From NCBI GenBank assembly GCA_964531275.1, contig CAZHDZ010000004.1:73887-137886 (forward strand): a stretch of 64,000 bases of DNA, written 5' to 3'. The notes under the pieces were generated by a model. The model was not told the DNA's origin. It saw only the letters and a program-made list of their open reading frames with translations, and made no database searches. Below are positions 40,212-48,560 of the stretch, in pieces; position 1 is the stretch's first letter; every line of letters begins with the position of its first letter. This DNA is from an uncultured Gammaproteobacteria bacterium (lineage in GTDB: Bacteria; Patescibacteriota; Microgenomatia; Levybacterales; GWA1-39-11). The translations under genes were made by a program, and so were the position numbers.

Positions 40212-41234
40212 CTAAGCTTTTTTTTCGGTAACAGGTGAGATCACTTCATCTGTTCCTTCAACTTCAATACTATAACCAGTTAGCTTGCTTGCCAATCGAA
40301 CATTCTGACCTTCTTTTCCGATAATTAACGGTAATTCCTCTTTTGGAGCTTTTACAACAACTGATTTTTCTTTTTCATTGACTTCAATTGTAAGATTTTT
40401 TGCTGGAGAAAGAGCGTTAGTAATATAACGAACATGATCATTGCTCCACTGGATAACATCAATCTTCTCAAGGCCATCAACAGCATCAATAACGGCTTGA
40501 ATTCTGACTCCTTTTTGACCTACACAGCTACCTACTGGGTCAATGCCTGACTGATCCGAAGCAACCGCAATTTTTGCTCTAGAGCCTGGCTCGCGCATAA
40601 TTTCTTTAATAACAACACTCCCTGCTGCAACTTCAGGAACTTCTCGACGGAGCAATCCTTCTAGCAAACCGTTGTGAGTTCTGGAAACTATAATCTCTCG
40701 ACCTCTCTTCTCATCTTCTGCAATCTCTACAATATATACGGCAAGCTTCTTATTGAGATAGTAATTTTCATTCTGAATTCTGTGAGATTGTGGAATAATT
40801 GCCTCAGCTTTACCGATATCAACTACGATTGCGCTTCCCGCAAAACGGAGAATCATACCATTTACTACAGTTCCGATTCTTTTTGTGTACTCAGCCATGA
40901 TCGCATCTTTTTCGCGCTCACGAATTTTTTGCAATAACACTTGCTTTGCAGTCTGAGTTGCAATTCTTCCAAAGCCTGGAGGCGTAACGTCTTTTCCTTC
41001 GTAGGTAATCTTTGTTTCTCCAGTATTTGAATTTATTTCTGCTGAATATTTAGCTGCTTCCTTTTCCGCTTCTTCTTCATCGAGTGCTTCAAGAACAGGA
41101 ATAACGTGATCTTTTTTATAAGCAGCAAGAATAGCAGTTTTAATGCTTTCCATGATTATCTCAGGATCTACTCCTCGTTCTGTTGCTATTTGATTTAGTG
41201 CGAGAGAAAACTCGCTTCTTTGTATTGCTGGCAT
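40212..41234 (-). CDS. nusA: transcription factor NusA
   Basis: FGRIATQTAKQV, REPGSRAKIAV, CVGQKG.R, IGKEGQNVRLA; start moved to 41234. Confidence 0.97.
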   Translation of the reverse strand: MPAIQRSEFSLALNQIATERGVDPEIIMESIKTAILAAYKKDHVIPVLEALDEEEAEKEAAKYSAEINSNTGETKITYEGKDVTPPGFGRIATQTAKQVLLQKIREREKDAIMAEYTKRIGTVVNGMILRFAGSAIVVDIGKAEAIIPQSHRIQNENYYLNKKLAVYIVEIAEDEKRGREIIVSRTHNGLLEGLLRREVPEVAAGSVVIKEIMREPGSRAKIAVASDQSGIDPVGSCVGQKGVRIQAVIDAVDGLEKIDVIQWSNDHVRYITNALSPAKNLTIEVNEKEKSVVVKAPKEELPLIIGKEGQNVRLASKLTGYSIEVEGTDEVISPVTEKKA

Positions 41235-41241
41235 AATTACG

Positions 41242-41311
41242 AAAAATGGTGGCAAGCTTTTGACTACCACCACGACTTCAACATTGTACTAGAAGCTGGT
41301 CATCAAGTCAA
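41242..41311 (-). promoter_or_regulatory. nusA promoter followed by a leader hairpin + U5
   Basis: TTGACT(41311-41306)-17-TACAAT(41288-41283), then TGGTGGTAG..TTGCCACCA TTTTT before the ATG. Confidence 0.7.
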
Positions 41312-41389
41312 GGAAGTGAGGCTAAATTTAGCTATTGTGTAAAAATTTTAGTGATACACTTATTTCTATATTTATATAGATTGTTAGAC

Positions 41390-41420
41390 TTGACAATGCT
41401 CCTACCAAGGATCATATAAT
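41390..41420 (+). promoter_or_regulatory. sigma70 promoter for the 41787 gene
   Basis: TTGACA 41390-41395 and TATAAT 41415-41420 (19-nt spacer). Confidence 0.6.
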
Positions 41421-41463
41421 GAACAAGTTCTGTTTTGCCCCTGAACTTATTTTATTTGTTCCC

Positions 41464-41668
41464 ATTTGACCTGCCTACGTTTTTTGTGATGTGGTAGGCA
41501 AAAATTACATTTGACCTGCCTACGGAAAGCGCAAGCGATACGAGGCAAGTCCCAGACAATTTGACCTGCCTACGACGAGTTCCACGAGACGAGGCAGAAA
41601 AATAAATTAGACCTGCCTACGACGAGTTCCACGAGACGAGGCAGAAAAATAAATTAGACCTGCCTATG
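41464..41668 (+). repeat. five-unit hairpin array ATT(T/A)GACCTGCCTA(C/T)G...AGGCA
   Basis: Units at 41464, 41509, 41559, 41606 and 41653 (spacing 45/50/47/47); TGCCT pairs with AGGCA around variable loops. Confidence 0.9.
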
Positions 41669-41697
41669 ATACTGTTTAACTGCTCAGAATACTAAAC

Positions 41698-41722
41698 AAC
41701 AGCATTTATTTGCTGTTTTTTT
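41698..41722 (+). terminator. intrinsic-terminator-like hairpin inside the 41787 leader
   Basis: AACAGCA-TTTATT-TGCTGTT followed by a T run. Confidence 0.55.
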
Positions 41723-41786
41723 GTGGTTAAGCAATTTTATATGCAACTTGGCAGGGGTATCTTTTTTTGAAAGGGGGTGAACATAT

Positions 41787-42380
41787 ATGAATATCAAACA
41801 AAAATTAACATCAGCAGCAGTTGCTGGAGCAATGATGGCGAGTGTAGTAGCCCCGTCAGCATTTGCTGCAAATACTGTTACTGTGAAAGGCGGAGGAGCT
41901 TTTAGCTCTTCAAAGGCTGTAGTTGTAAATAAAAAAACAACAACAGTTGGCCAATCAAACTCAACAGTCGTGCAAACAAATATCGGTCAGAAAGCCTCAA
42001 CAGGTGGCAATTCTTCCTCATTCAACACAGGAGGAACTAGCTCAATCAAAACCGGTAGCGCATCTAATACTGCAGGAGTACACGTTACTGGAGGAACAAA
42101 TACCTACACAACCGATTGCGGATGTGAAGGAAATGGTTCAACTACCATAACTGTAACCGGTGGAGGAGCTTTTAGCTCTTCAAAGGCAATAGTCAAAAAT
42201 ATTTCTACAACTACCGTTAGCCAGTCTAACTCAACAGTAGTAGGAACTTCAATTTGGCAAAGCTCTTCAACTGGACATAATAGCTCAAGCTTCAATACTA
42301 ATGGTGGAGGCACTATCGAAACAGAAGGAGCTACTAATACAGCAGCAGTTGTAGTTGGTGGATCTACAAACACTAACTAG
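41787..42380 (+). CDS. secreted Ser/Thr/Gly/Asn-rich repeat protein (2 repeats, CGC linker)
   Basis: Signal peptide ending SAFA; two ~85-aa repeats with STGGNSSSFNTGG.S.I.TG.A; strong SD AAGGGGGTGA. Confidence 0.85.
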   Translation: MNIKQKLTSAAVAGAMMASVVAPSAFAANTVTVKGGGAFSSSKAVVVNKKTTTVGQSNSTVVQTNIGQKASTGGNSSSFNTGGTSSIKTGSASNTAGVHVTGGTNTYTTDCGCEGNGSTTITVTGGGAFSSSKAIVKNISTTTVSQSNSTVVGTSIWQSSSTGHNSSSFNTNGGGTIETEGATNTAAVVVGGSTNTN

Positions 42381-42404
42381 TAAAAAAGTTCTTGCAAGAA
42401 TTTT

Positions 42405-42439
42405 CAAACCCTCCCCTGATCAAGGAGGGTTTGTTTTTT
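42405..42439 (+). terminator. intrinsic terminator
   Basis: CAAACCCTCC-loop-GGAGGGTTTG followed by a T run. Confidence 0.85.
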
Positions 42440-42496
42440 AGTAAAAGGTCTAAGATTGCCTAGCCACAATACAAAAAATTAGTGGGAGGAATAATA

Positions 42497-42775
42497 TTAA
42501 AAAAACGAAAGAAAAATCATTAGAAGCATTGGGAGAAAGAGCATTAAGCAGAACAACCATAGTACTGAAGCAATCCTTATAGACAAAATTACTCGTGGAT
42601 CTTTAAGCTGTTTTAATCGGGCTTTTACTATTGCTCCATATAGAGGCACTCCGCCAAAAAGTTTTAATTTAGTTTCTTCAGTTTTAATCTCAAGATTTCG
42701 AATACTATCTGGTTTTATAATCAAAAAACAACAAACTGCAATGCAGAAAATCAAATAGATACCAAATAGTAGCAT
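42497..42775 (-). CDS. small 2-TM hypothetical protein
   Basis: Two hydrophobic helices flanking a basic loop. Confidence 0.55.
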   Translation of the reverse strand: MLLFGIYLIFCIAVCCFLIIKPDSIRNLEIKTEETKLKLFGGVPLYGAIVKARLKQLKDPRVILSIRIASVLWLFCLMLFLPMLLMIFLSFF

Positions 42776-42788
42776 TGTTACATCTTAA

Positions 42789-43343
42789 CTATGATGGTTT
42801 TGCAAATACAAGAAGTCTTTGAAGAGCAGTCCCAATCGGAGTACATGTTTGAAGAATCAAGACATCTCCTTGGTCTTCTTTTAAATACTTTACGTCACTT
42901 GGCCAGACCGTTTTTTTTTCATACACCCTATATATATAGGAAAGACCATTTTTTCTGATGATAATTTCATCTCCATTCTTTACAAATTCCAACTTAAAAA
43001 AAGCAGTGTTATATCGAGTTATTCTCCATGGGACATCGGATGAGTGTGCAAACATATAAACAGTCCCCTTTTCTCCAGGCATACTAGTTCCTTTTGCCTG
43101 AGCTACCCCGTTCTTTAGCTTTTCTATATATTCACTCTCATTGAAAGGATCAACATTGGGAATTACTTTTGAGAAAATCTTTTGCGATGGAATTTCAATA
43201 GAAAAATCGGAAGAGATACGTTGCTCTTGAGATATGTTGGGAGGAAAGAAGAACTCCTTAATAAATGGATAATATATAAAATTTAGGCCAATAAGGGAGG
43301 CAACAATCAGAATGTTTCCTAATATTTTTGAATTCAAACGCAT
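42789..43343 (-). CDS. sortase
   Basis: N-terminal TM, FAHS, LILQTC, QRLLV. Confidence 0.93.
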   Translation of the reverse strand: MRLNSKILGNILIVASLIGLNFIYYPFIKEFFFPPNISQEQRISSDFSIEIPSQKIFSKVIPNVDPFNESEYIEKLKNGVAQAKGTSMPGEKGTVYMFAHSSDVPWRITRYNTAFFKLEFVKNGDEIIIRKNGLSYIYRVYEKKTVWPSDVKYLKEDQGDVLILQTCTPIGTALQRLLVFAKPS

Positions 43344-43386
43344 GTTCGTATATTAGTTTATAAACAAGCATTAATCAAATAGGCAC

Positions 43387-43412
43387 AAAAAAACCCTTTT
43401 AAAAGGGTTTTT
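43387..43412 (-). terminator. palindromic terminator between the repeat-protein operon and the sortase
   Basis: AAAAACCCTTTT|AAAAGGGTTTTT; T7 on the minus strand. Confidence 0.75.
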
Positions 43413-43433
43413 GAGGTTAAAGATGGGCCACCA

Positions 43434-44546
43434 TTATGCAATAGCTGGTGGAGACTTAGAAGAGTAAAACCGCAGATACAGCCCAGCTAAGAACATGAAT
43501 ATAAATATGATTGTTGCAACAAAAGTTAATGGAATAGTAAGCCCAGTCCTTGGAAGACTTGTTCCCGGTGTGTTGCTTGAGCCTGCGCTACCACTTGCAC
43601 CCTGTACAATTGATGTTCCGGTTGAAGGATTCTGAGGTTGGGTAGGGCTTGTGGGCTGCTCCGGTTGTTCTGGAGTCTCACATTCACAATCAACGTCAAC
43701 TATGCTTGAGTTGATATTCTCATTCTCTACAGTTATATCGCTCTTTATATCTCCGGTTATAATAACTGAGTCCCCAAGATTTGCTAAAGTGCTATTGCCA
43801 CCAGTGTTCAATTCGTGCTCAATATTATTAAGAATATCTGCAATATTCAGAACCTCAATATCAATTTCACTATCATTATTAATAGCTGAATCATTCTCCG
43901 AGTATGCTCCATTACCCTCAATAACAATTGCTGACGTTCCAACAGATGAATCAACTGAATTAAAGCTATTGTTGATATTCTTATTTAAGACATTTGTGGT
44001 AGCTTTTATATTGCCCGTAACAATCGTTGAGTTGCCGCCATTAAATGAAGCTGAATTATTTCCGGTATTGGCATTAACTTTAATATTGTTAGTAATAGCT
44101 GCCCTATTTATCTGCCCAACACTTACCCCATTGTTATGATTTATGTAGGAAGAGTTATCTGATCCGGTACCATTGCCTGAGACTGTGCTACTTATGTTTT
44201 GTATGCAATTGCAGGTATTACCTATTGCCTTATTGGAGTTGATATTTTGATTATTAATAGCAGTCGTAGTATCAGCATTACCCGTAGATATAACTGAATC
44301 TCCATTTGTGTTTGAGGTAGCGGAATTATTGCCAGTATTGGCGTTAGCTGCAATATTGTTATTAATGTCTGCTGTATTATTCTGAGCTACGGATGTGTTA
44401 TTTGAAGATTCTACATGCACCTCGTTTGAAGATCCTGCCCCATTTCCCGTAACCTCAACAGTAATTTCCTCTGCTTTTATTTGAGTGACTAAGGTTAAAT
44501 TGAGAAGTAAACAGGCTGAGAAAATAACAGCCTTACGTAAAATCAC
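43434..44546 (-). CDS. secreted Asn-rich repeat protein with LPRTG sortase sorting signal
   Basis: Likely GTG start at 44546 overlapping the upstream TGA; signal peptide; three ANTG.N repeats; TCNC/VDCEC; LPRTG + TM + basic residues. Confidence 0.85.
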   Translation of the reverse strand: MILRKAVIFSACLLLNLTLVTQIKAEEITVEVTGNGAGSSNEVHVESSNNTSVAQNNTADINNNIAANANTGNNSATSNTNGDSVISTGNADTTTAINNQNINSNKAIGNTCNCIQNISSTVSGNGTGSDNSSYINHNNGVSVGQINRAAITNNIKVNANTGNNSASFNGGNSTIVTGNIKATTNVLNKNINNSFNSVDSSVGTSAIVIEGNGAYSENDSAINNDSEIDIEVLNIADILNNIEHELNTGGNSTLANLGDSVIITGDIKSDITVENENINSSIVDVDCECETPEQPEQPTSPTQPQNPSTGTSIVQGASGSAGSSNTPGTSLPRTGLTIPLTFVATIIFIFMFLAGLYLRFYSSKSPPAIA

Positions 44547-46732
44547 AGGAAGAGATGTATTCCTCGTAGCGCGAGTTTTTGGACAGGAACAAATGATTTT
44601 TTGAAAAGAAGTGCCATTCCAGCAAGTGGAAGTGCCATAATCAACCATGCAAGATTTATATGAAGTTTTTTATCAGCTACTGCTGCAGAACCGTCTTGCC
44701 CTACGCTTTTTGCAACAGTAGCCTCATGTAAGTTTGAACTCTTTGTGTTTGAACCTTTGACAGTTCCTACAACGTCGTCATTTTGATCTTCATAAGTAAC
44801 TGTGCCATTAGCAACTTCTACTTGAGCGTTACCCTTTGCACTAGCAACAGTAGATGAAGAATTTGAGTTTGAATGAGACGAAGCGCTATTACTGTTATTT
44901 TCAGATGAATTATTTGAAGAATGGCTTCTCTGCTGTTGTCCTGGGGCAACAAAGTCTCCGAGCCAAGATCCTCCTCCAAAGATGTTAATAACTGTTACAA
45001 ATAGCTTTCCTCCGCCTGTAATATTATTATTAACAAAGTTGACTATATTAGCTACAATTGTTGCATCTCCAGTCACAATATTTGAATCCCCACCTGTGTT
45101 GTAATTTGCCTGATTTCCGCCAGTGTTTGCTGATAGATTAAGCTCGTTATTTATGTTTGCAGTATTAGTCTGGGTTGTTGTGTTGCTGTTAGTGGTTGAA
45201 GCATTTGCATTATTGCCAGATCCTGCGCCGTTTGCATTATTTTTTGCTGTTACTGCCCCCGTTATTGGGTCTACCTCAAATTCCGTTCCTTCTGATCCTG
45301 CCATGCTTGCCCCATCTGCAGCTCCCATAATCTTTCCAAGCCATCGTCCTCCTTCATTAACTATAACTAACCACCAATTTCCACCTGCTATGTTGCTGTT
45401 TGCGATATTTAGAACATTAGCCGTTACGTCACTTGAACCAGTTACTATATTTGAATTTCCATCAGTATTAAAGTTACTGTCATTGTCTCCAGTTGTAGTA
45501 TTTAACTCAAGGTCGTTATTAATAGAAGCGTCATTAGATTGGAATGTGTTGTTGTTATTTGTTGTTGAAGTATTTGCATTATTGTCAGATCCAGCGCCGT
45601 TGCCTGTATTTGCAGCTGTTGTTGGCCCTCCACATGTTCCGCCACAAGCCGCATTCATTGCCTCTTCGGTAAGGATAATATCTCCAACTAAGTCTCCGAA
45701 GATATTAACTACTCCATATATTACGTTTCCAGCGATATTATTATTGGCGAATGTTAGGACATTCGCACTCACATTAGCGTCTCCAGTAGTTATTGATGAG
45801 TCTCCTCCGGTATTGAAGTTGGCTTCGTTGTCACCAGAATTTGCTGAAAGATTTAGTGTGCTTCCAACAGATGCATTATTATTCTGATTTGTACTGTTAT
45901 TATTTGTAGTTGAGGAATTTGCATTATTGTCAGAATTTGCACCATTGCCTGAATTATTTACACTAAGTGCTTGACCACCGCACCCTTGGATACAGTTTGC
46001 CCCAAAGTCTAAGATGATATCTCCATTGTGATCATCTGCAATATTAAATTCGCTTATCGCTACTCCGTCTACATTTGTATTAACAGCCGTAACTACAGTC
46101 CCAGTAGTATTTGCGTCTCCAGTAGTTACTGATGAGTCGCCTACGTTAAATGAGGTTGAATTACCCCCAGTAACAGTTGCTTGATTAAGGTTGTTAGAAA
46201 CATGAGCTCCGTTATTTTGATTTGTATTATTATTGTTAGTTGTTGAAGCGCTTGCATTATTATCAGATCCTGCTCCGTTTCCAGTGTTTGCTGCTGATGT
46301 CCCAGCTCCTCCAGCTCCTCCGTCGGTCGCTAAATTATTATTACCAGTAGTTGTAGTGGTTGAATTGTTATTTGCATCACCAGTATTTACAGCAGTATCT
46401 CCAACAGCTCCATTTGAAGAAGTCCCTTGACTAGATGTTGGATTCTGTTGATCTTGATTGGTCTGATTTGATTCATTATTGACTCCACCCTGCCAATTTC
46501 CACTTGGAGATTTTGGTGCTTGAGGAGCAGTAGGCATTTGTGGTGCTTGAGGAGCTACTGGTGCAGCCGGGGTTGCTGGTGAAGCTGGAGCAACAGGTGC
46601 CTCAGGTGCAGCTGGAGCAACAGGTGCAGCCGGCGTAGGAATTTCCTGGGCAAATGCAGCAGCAGGGACTAATACCTTTATGGTCAAAAGGAATATTAAA
46701 AGTGAACTTGCAATTGTTTTTCTTAATTTCAT
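44543..46732 (-). CDS. large secreted Asn/Gly/Thr-rich repeat protein, Pro/Ala stalk, C-terminal TM
   Basis: Signal peptide ending AAFA; PAAP repeats; about four NGAGSDNNA...NTGGDS.I.TGDA repeats; CxxxC linkers; C-terminal hydrophobic helix. Confidence 0.85.
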   Translation of the reverse strand: MKLRKTIASSLLIFLLTIKVLVPAAAFAQEIPTPAAPVAPAAPEAPVAPASPATPAAPVAPQAPQMPTAPQAPKSPSGNWQGGVNNESNQTNQDQQNPTSSQGTSSNGAVGDTAVNTGDANNNSTTTTTGNNNLATDGGAGGAGTSAANTGNGAGSDNNASASTTNNNNTNQNNGAHVSNNLNQATVTGGNSTSFNVGDSSVTTGDANTTGTVVTAVNTNVDGVAISEFNIADDHNGDIILDFGANCIQGCGGQALSVNNSGNGANSDNNANSSTTNNNSTNQNNNASVGSTLNLSANSGDNEANFNTGGDSSITTGDANVSANVLTFANNNIAGNVIYGVVNIFGDLVGDIILTEEAMNAACGGTCGGPTTAANTGNGAGSDNNANTSTTNNNNTFQSNDASINNDLELNTTTGDNDSNFNTDGNSNIVTGSSDVTANVLNIANSNIAGGNWWLVIVNEGGRWLGKIMGAADGASMAGSEGTEFEVDPITGAVTAKNNANGAGSGNNANASTTNSNTTTQTNTANINNELNLSANTGGNQANYNTGGDSNIVTGDATIVANIVNFVNNNITGGGKLFVTVINIFGGGSWLGDFVAPGQQQRSHSSNNSSENNSNSASSHSNSNSSSTVASAKGNAQVEVANGTVTYEDQNDDVVGTVKGSNTKSSNLHEATVAKSVGQDGSAAVADKKLHINLAWLIMALPLAGMALLFKKSFVPVQKLALRGIHLFL

Positions 46733-46788
46733 ATTTTTATTTATTGTTTTAACTATCTTTTTTTTATTTTTATTCTATTCATCTTGGA

Positions 46789-46830
46789 TTGTAGGGCACT
46801 TTGCCGAAGTGCTAGCATTGCACCCTACAA
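46789..46830 (-). promoter_or_regulatory. intercistronic stem-loop after the major repeat gene
   Basis: TTGTAGGG...CCCTACAA with GCACTT/AAGTGC inverted repeats inside. Confidence 0.55.
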
Positions 46831-46838
46831 AACCAAAA

Positions 46839-48095
46839 TTAGTTAGACATTCCGAAGATTGCCCAAAGTGCTGCAAAGTTGAAAGAAAAGTCAACTTCTG
46901 GCATTTCTGGCATATCGAATGGAAGAGATCCAACTGAGTTAACGTTACCTGAGTTTGAAACTGAAGTTGAAGATTTTGCATTTCCAGTTACAATTGCTGG
47001 GTCAGTTTCGTGATCCACTGATCCTGTGTTGTATCCTGCTTCATTATCTCCTGTTTCTGCGTCATCAACATCAACATTGTTATCTAAGTTAGCTGCATTA
47101 TTTTGTGCAACTGCCTTAGCGTTAGCTAGGTTAAGTCCGATATAATTATCGTCCTTATCCCACCATTTGTGATCTGTGTCAGCGCCGTTTCCTGCAATTT
47201 TTGCAGTTACGTCGAATTCACATCCACAATCTACATCAGCGAAATTAAAGTTAACAGAATTGTCAACTCCAACTTCAACATCTGAGTTACCAGTAAGGAT
47301 AACTACGTCGCCTCCTGTATTAAAGTTAGCATCGTTGTCTCCTGTTTCGGCGTCAACATCAACTTCGTTGTCGATATCTGCATTGTTGTTTTGAGCAACA
47401 GATGTAGCATTTGTCATTGAAGCTAATATTTCATTGTCGCTTCCAGCGCCGTTTCCGACGATTGTGAAGCTAGCCTGTGGTGTTGGTGTAGCGCTCATGC
47501 CTCCACCTACTTGTGCTGAATTAACATTAGCAAGTGTAGAAACATCAACGTTTACCTTTGCATTACCAGTTTTGATAACAACATCGCCACCAGTATTTAG
47601 GCCTGCTTTGTTGTCTCCGGTTTCTGCATCTACATCTACGTTATTGTCAACGTTTGCTGTGTTATTCTGAGCAACGGTTGTAGCATTAACATTTGTTAGT
47701 CCTACTCCATTGTTAGACTTAGCTCCGTTTCCTGAGATTTTAACTTCAGTGTTTGAAGCACCACAACAATCAACATTTGCAATGTTCTTATTAAGATCAT
47801 TAGCAACTGTTGCGTTTACTTTTGCATCGCCAGTTTGAATACCTACGTTTCCGCCAGTATTGTAATTAGCTTTGTTATCTCCAGTATCTGCGTTGGTTTT
47901 TACTGTATTTGTAACATTAGCTGTGTTGTTCTGAGAAACGGTTGTAGTGTTGGTATTTTGAACAGCAACATTGCTGTCAGCTCCAGCTCCGTTTCCAGAG
48001 ATTTCGATAGTAGTAGCGAATGCTGGAGTTGCGATATTTGCAACCATAACTCCTGCTGTTACTACTGAGAAAATTTGTTTTTTGAAATTTGTCAT
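46839..48095 (-). CDS. secreted Asn/Val/Thr-rich repeat protein (4 repeats), probable major subunit
   Basis: Signal peptide ending PAFA; four I.GNGA.S.N...VAQNN.A.V.N.V.VDAETGDN.A..NTGGDV.I.TGNA repeats; VDCCG and VDCGC; SD GAGGAGGTGA. Confidence 0.88.
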   Translation of the reverse strand: MTNFKKQIFSVVTAGVMVANIATPAFATTIEISGNGAGADSNVAVQNTNTTTVSQNNTANVTNTVKTNADTGDNKANYNTGGNVGIQTGDAKVNATVANDLNKNIANVDCCGASNTEVKISGNGAKSNNGVGLTNVNATTVAQNNTANVDNNVDVDAETGDNKAGLNTGGDVVIKTGNAKVNVDVSTLANVNSAQVGGGMSATPTPQASFTIVGNGAGSDNEILASMTNATSVAQNNNADIDNEVDVDAETGDNDANFNTGGDVVILTGNSDVEVGVDNSVNFNFADVDCGCEFDVTAKIAGNGADTDHKWWDKDDNYIGLNLANAKAVAQNNAANLDNNVDVDDAETGDNEAGYNTGSVDHETDPAIVTGNAKSSTSVSNSGNVNSVGSLPFDMPEMPEVDFSFNFAALWAIFGMSN

Positions 48096-48221
48096 ATATA
48101 TTTCACCTCCTCTTTATTAAGATTTCTTTTTCAAGAGCACTTCGTCTCTCCCGCCTAGACTTGCTTGCGCGAGTCAGGTGGGATCTCCCGCCTATTTTTA
48201 TTCCCGGTAGCCCCAAGAAAC

Positions 48222-48283
48222 AAAAAAACGGAGACTTCCGCACACAAAAACAATTGTGTGAAGAAGCCTCCGTTTGCGGTCAG
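48222..48283 (-). terminator. leader terminator overlapped by the CTGACCGCAAACGGAGGC motif
   Basis: AAACGGAGGCTTCTTCACACAA-loop-TTGTGTGCGGAAGTCTCCGTTTTTTT; the motif at 48283-48266 overlaps its 5' arm. Confidence 0.8.
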
Positions 48284-48299
48284 CTCTCTAATTTATTAA

Positions 48300-48328
48300 C
48301 TTATACTCTATCTAAATTGGACTGTCAA
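48300..48328 (-). promoter_or_regulatory. sigma70 promoter of the repeat-protein operon
   Basis: TTGACA(48328-48323)-17-TATAAG(48305-48300). Confidence 0.8.
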
Positions 48329-48345
48329 GATCTAATTAGTTACTG

Positions 48346-48546
48346 TTATATAACTTTTACCGGATTTTGAAATTCCTTATTTTGTTCTAGATCCATACTT
48401 GTCTTATGTATATTTCTAACAGTTATCTGAGTGATAATTTTATTTTGAACGAAGATTTCGATACTGCCAAATTTTACGCTCTCCAAGGCAGTCTTTATCT
48501 CGTCTAGCAGATGGGCCGGTATTTGTTTTTGGTTTGCCTTCATCAT
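48346..48546 (-). CDS. DUF2292/YezD-like small protein
   Basis: EIKTALESVKFGSIEIFVQNKIITQI matches the I..AL..I.FGS.EI.V.(D/N)...QI pattern. Confidence 0.8.
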   Translation of the reverse strand: MMKANQKQIPAHLLDEIKTALESVKFGSIEIFVQNKIITQITVRNIHKTSMDLEQNKEFQNPVKVI

Positions 48547-48560
48547 GAGTCAAAACCTAT

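Noticed and set aside
41464-41668. CRISPR array
   Set aside because: The conserved part is only ~16 nt, the variable segments are short and enclosed in the stem, two units are duplicates, and no cas genes are present. Kept as a hairpin array instead.
44547-44648. N-terminal extension of the 43434 ORF
   Set aside because: It overlaps the upstream gene; the signal peptide begins at the GTG at 44546.
43651-48068. Long antisense ORFs over the repeat-protein genes (e.g. 45123-45887)
   Set aside because: Shadows of biased Asn/Thr/Gly codon usage; no independent signals.
48089-48370. 93-aa plus-strand ORF
   Set aside because: It is antisense to the promoter, leader and terminator region and has no protein-like features.
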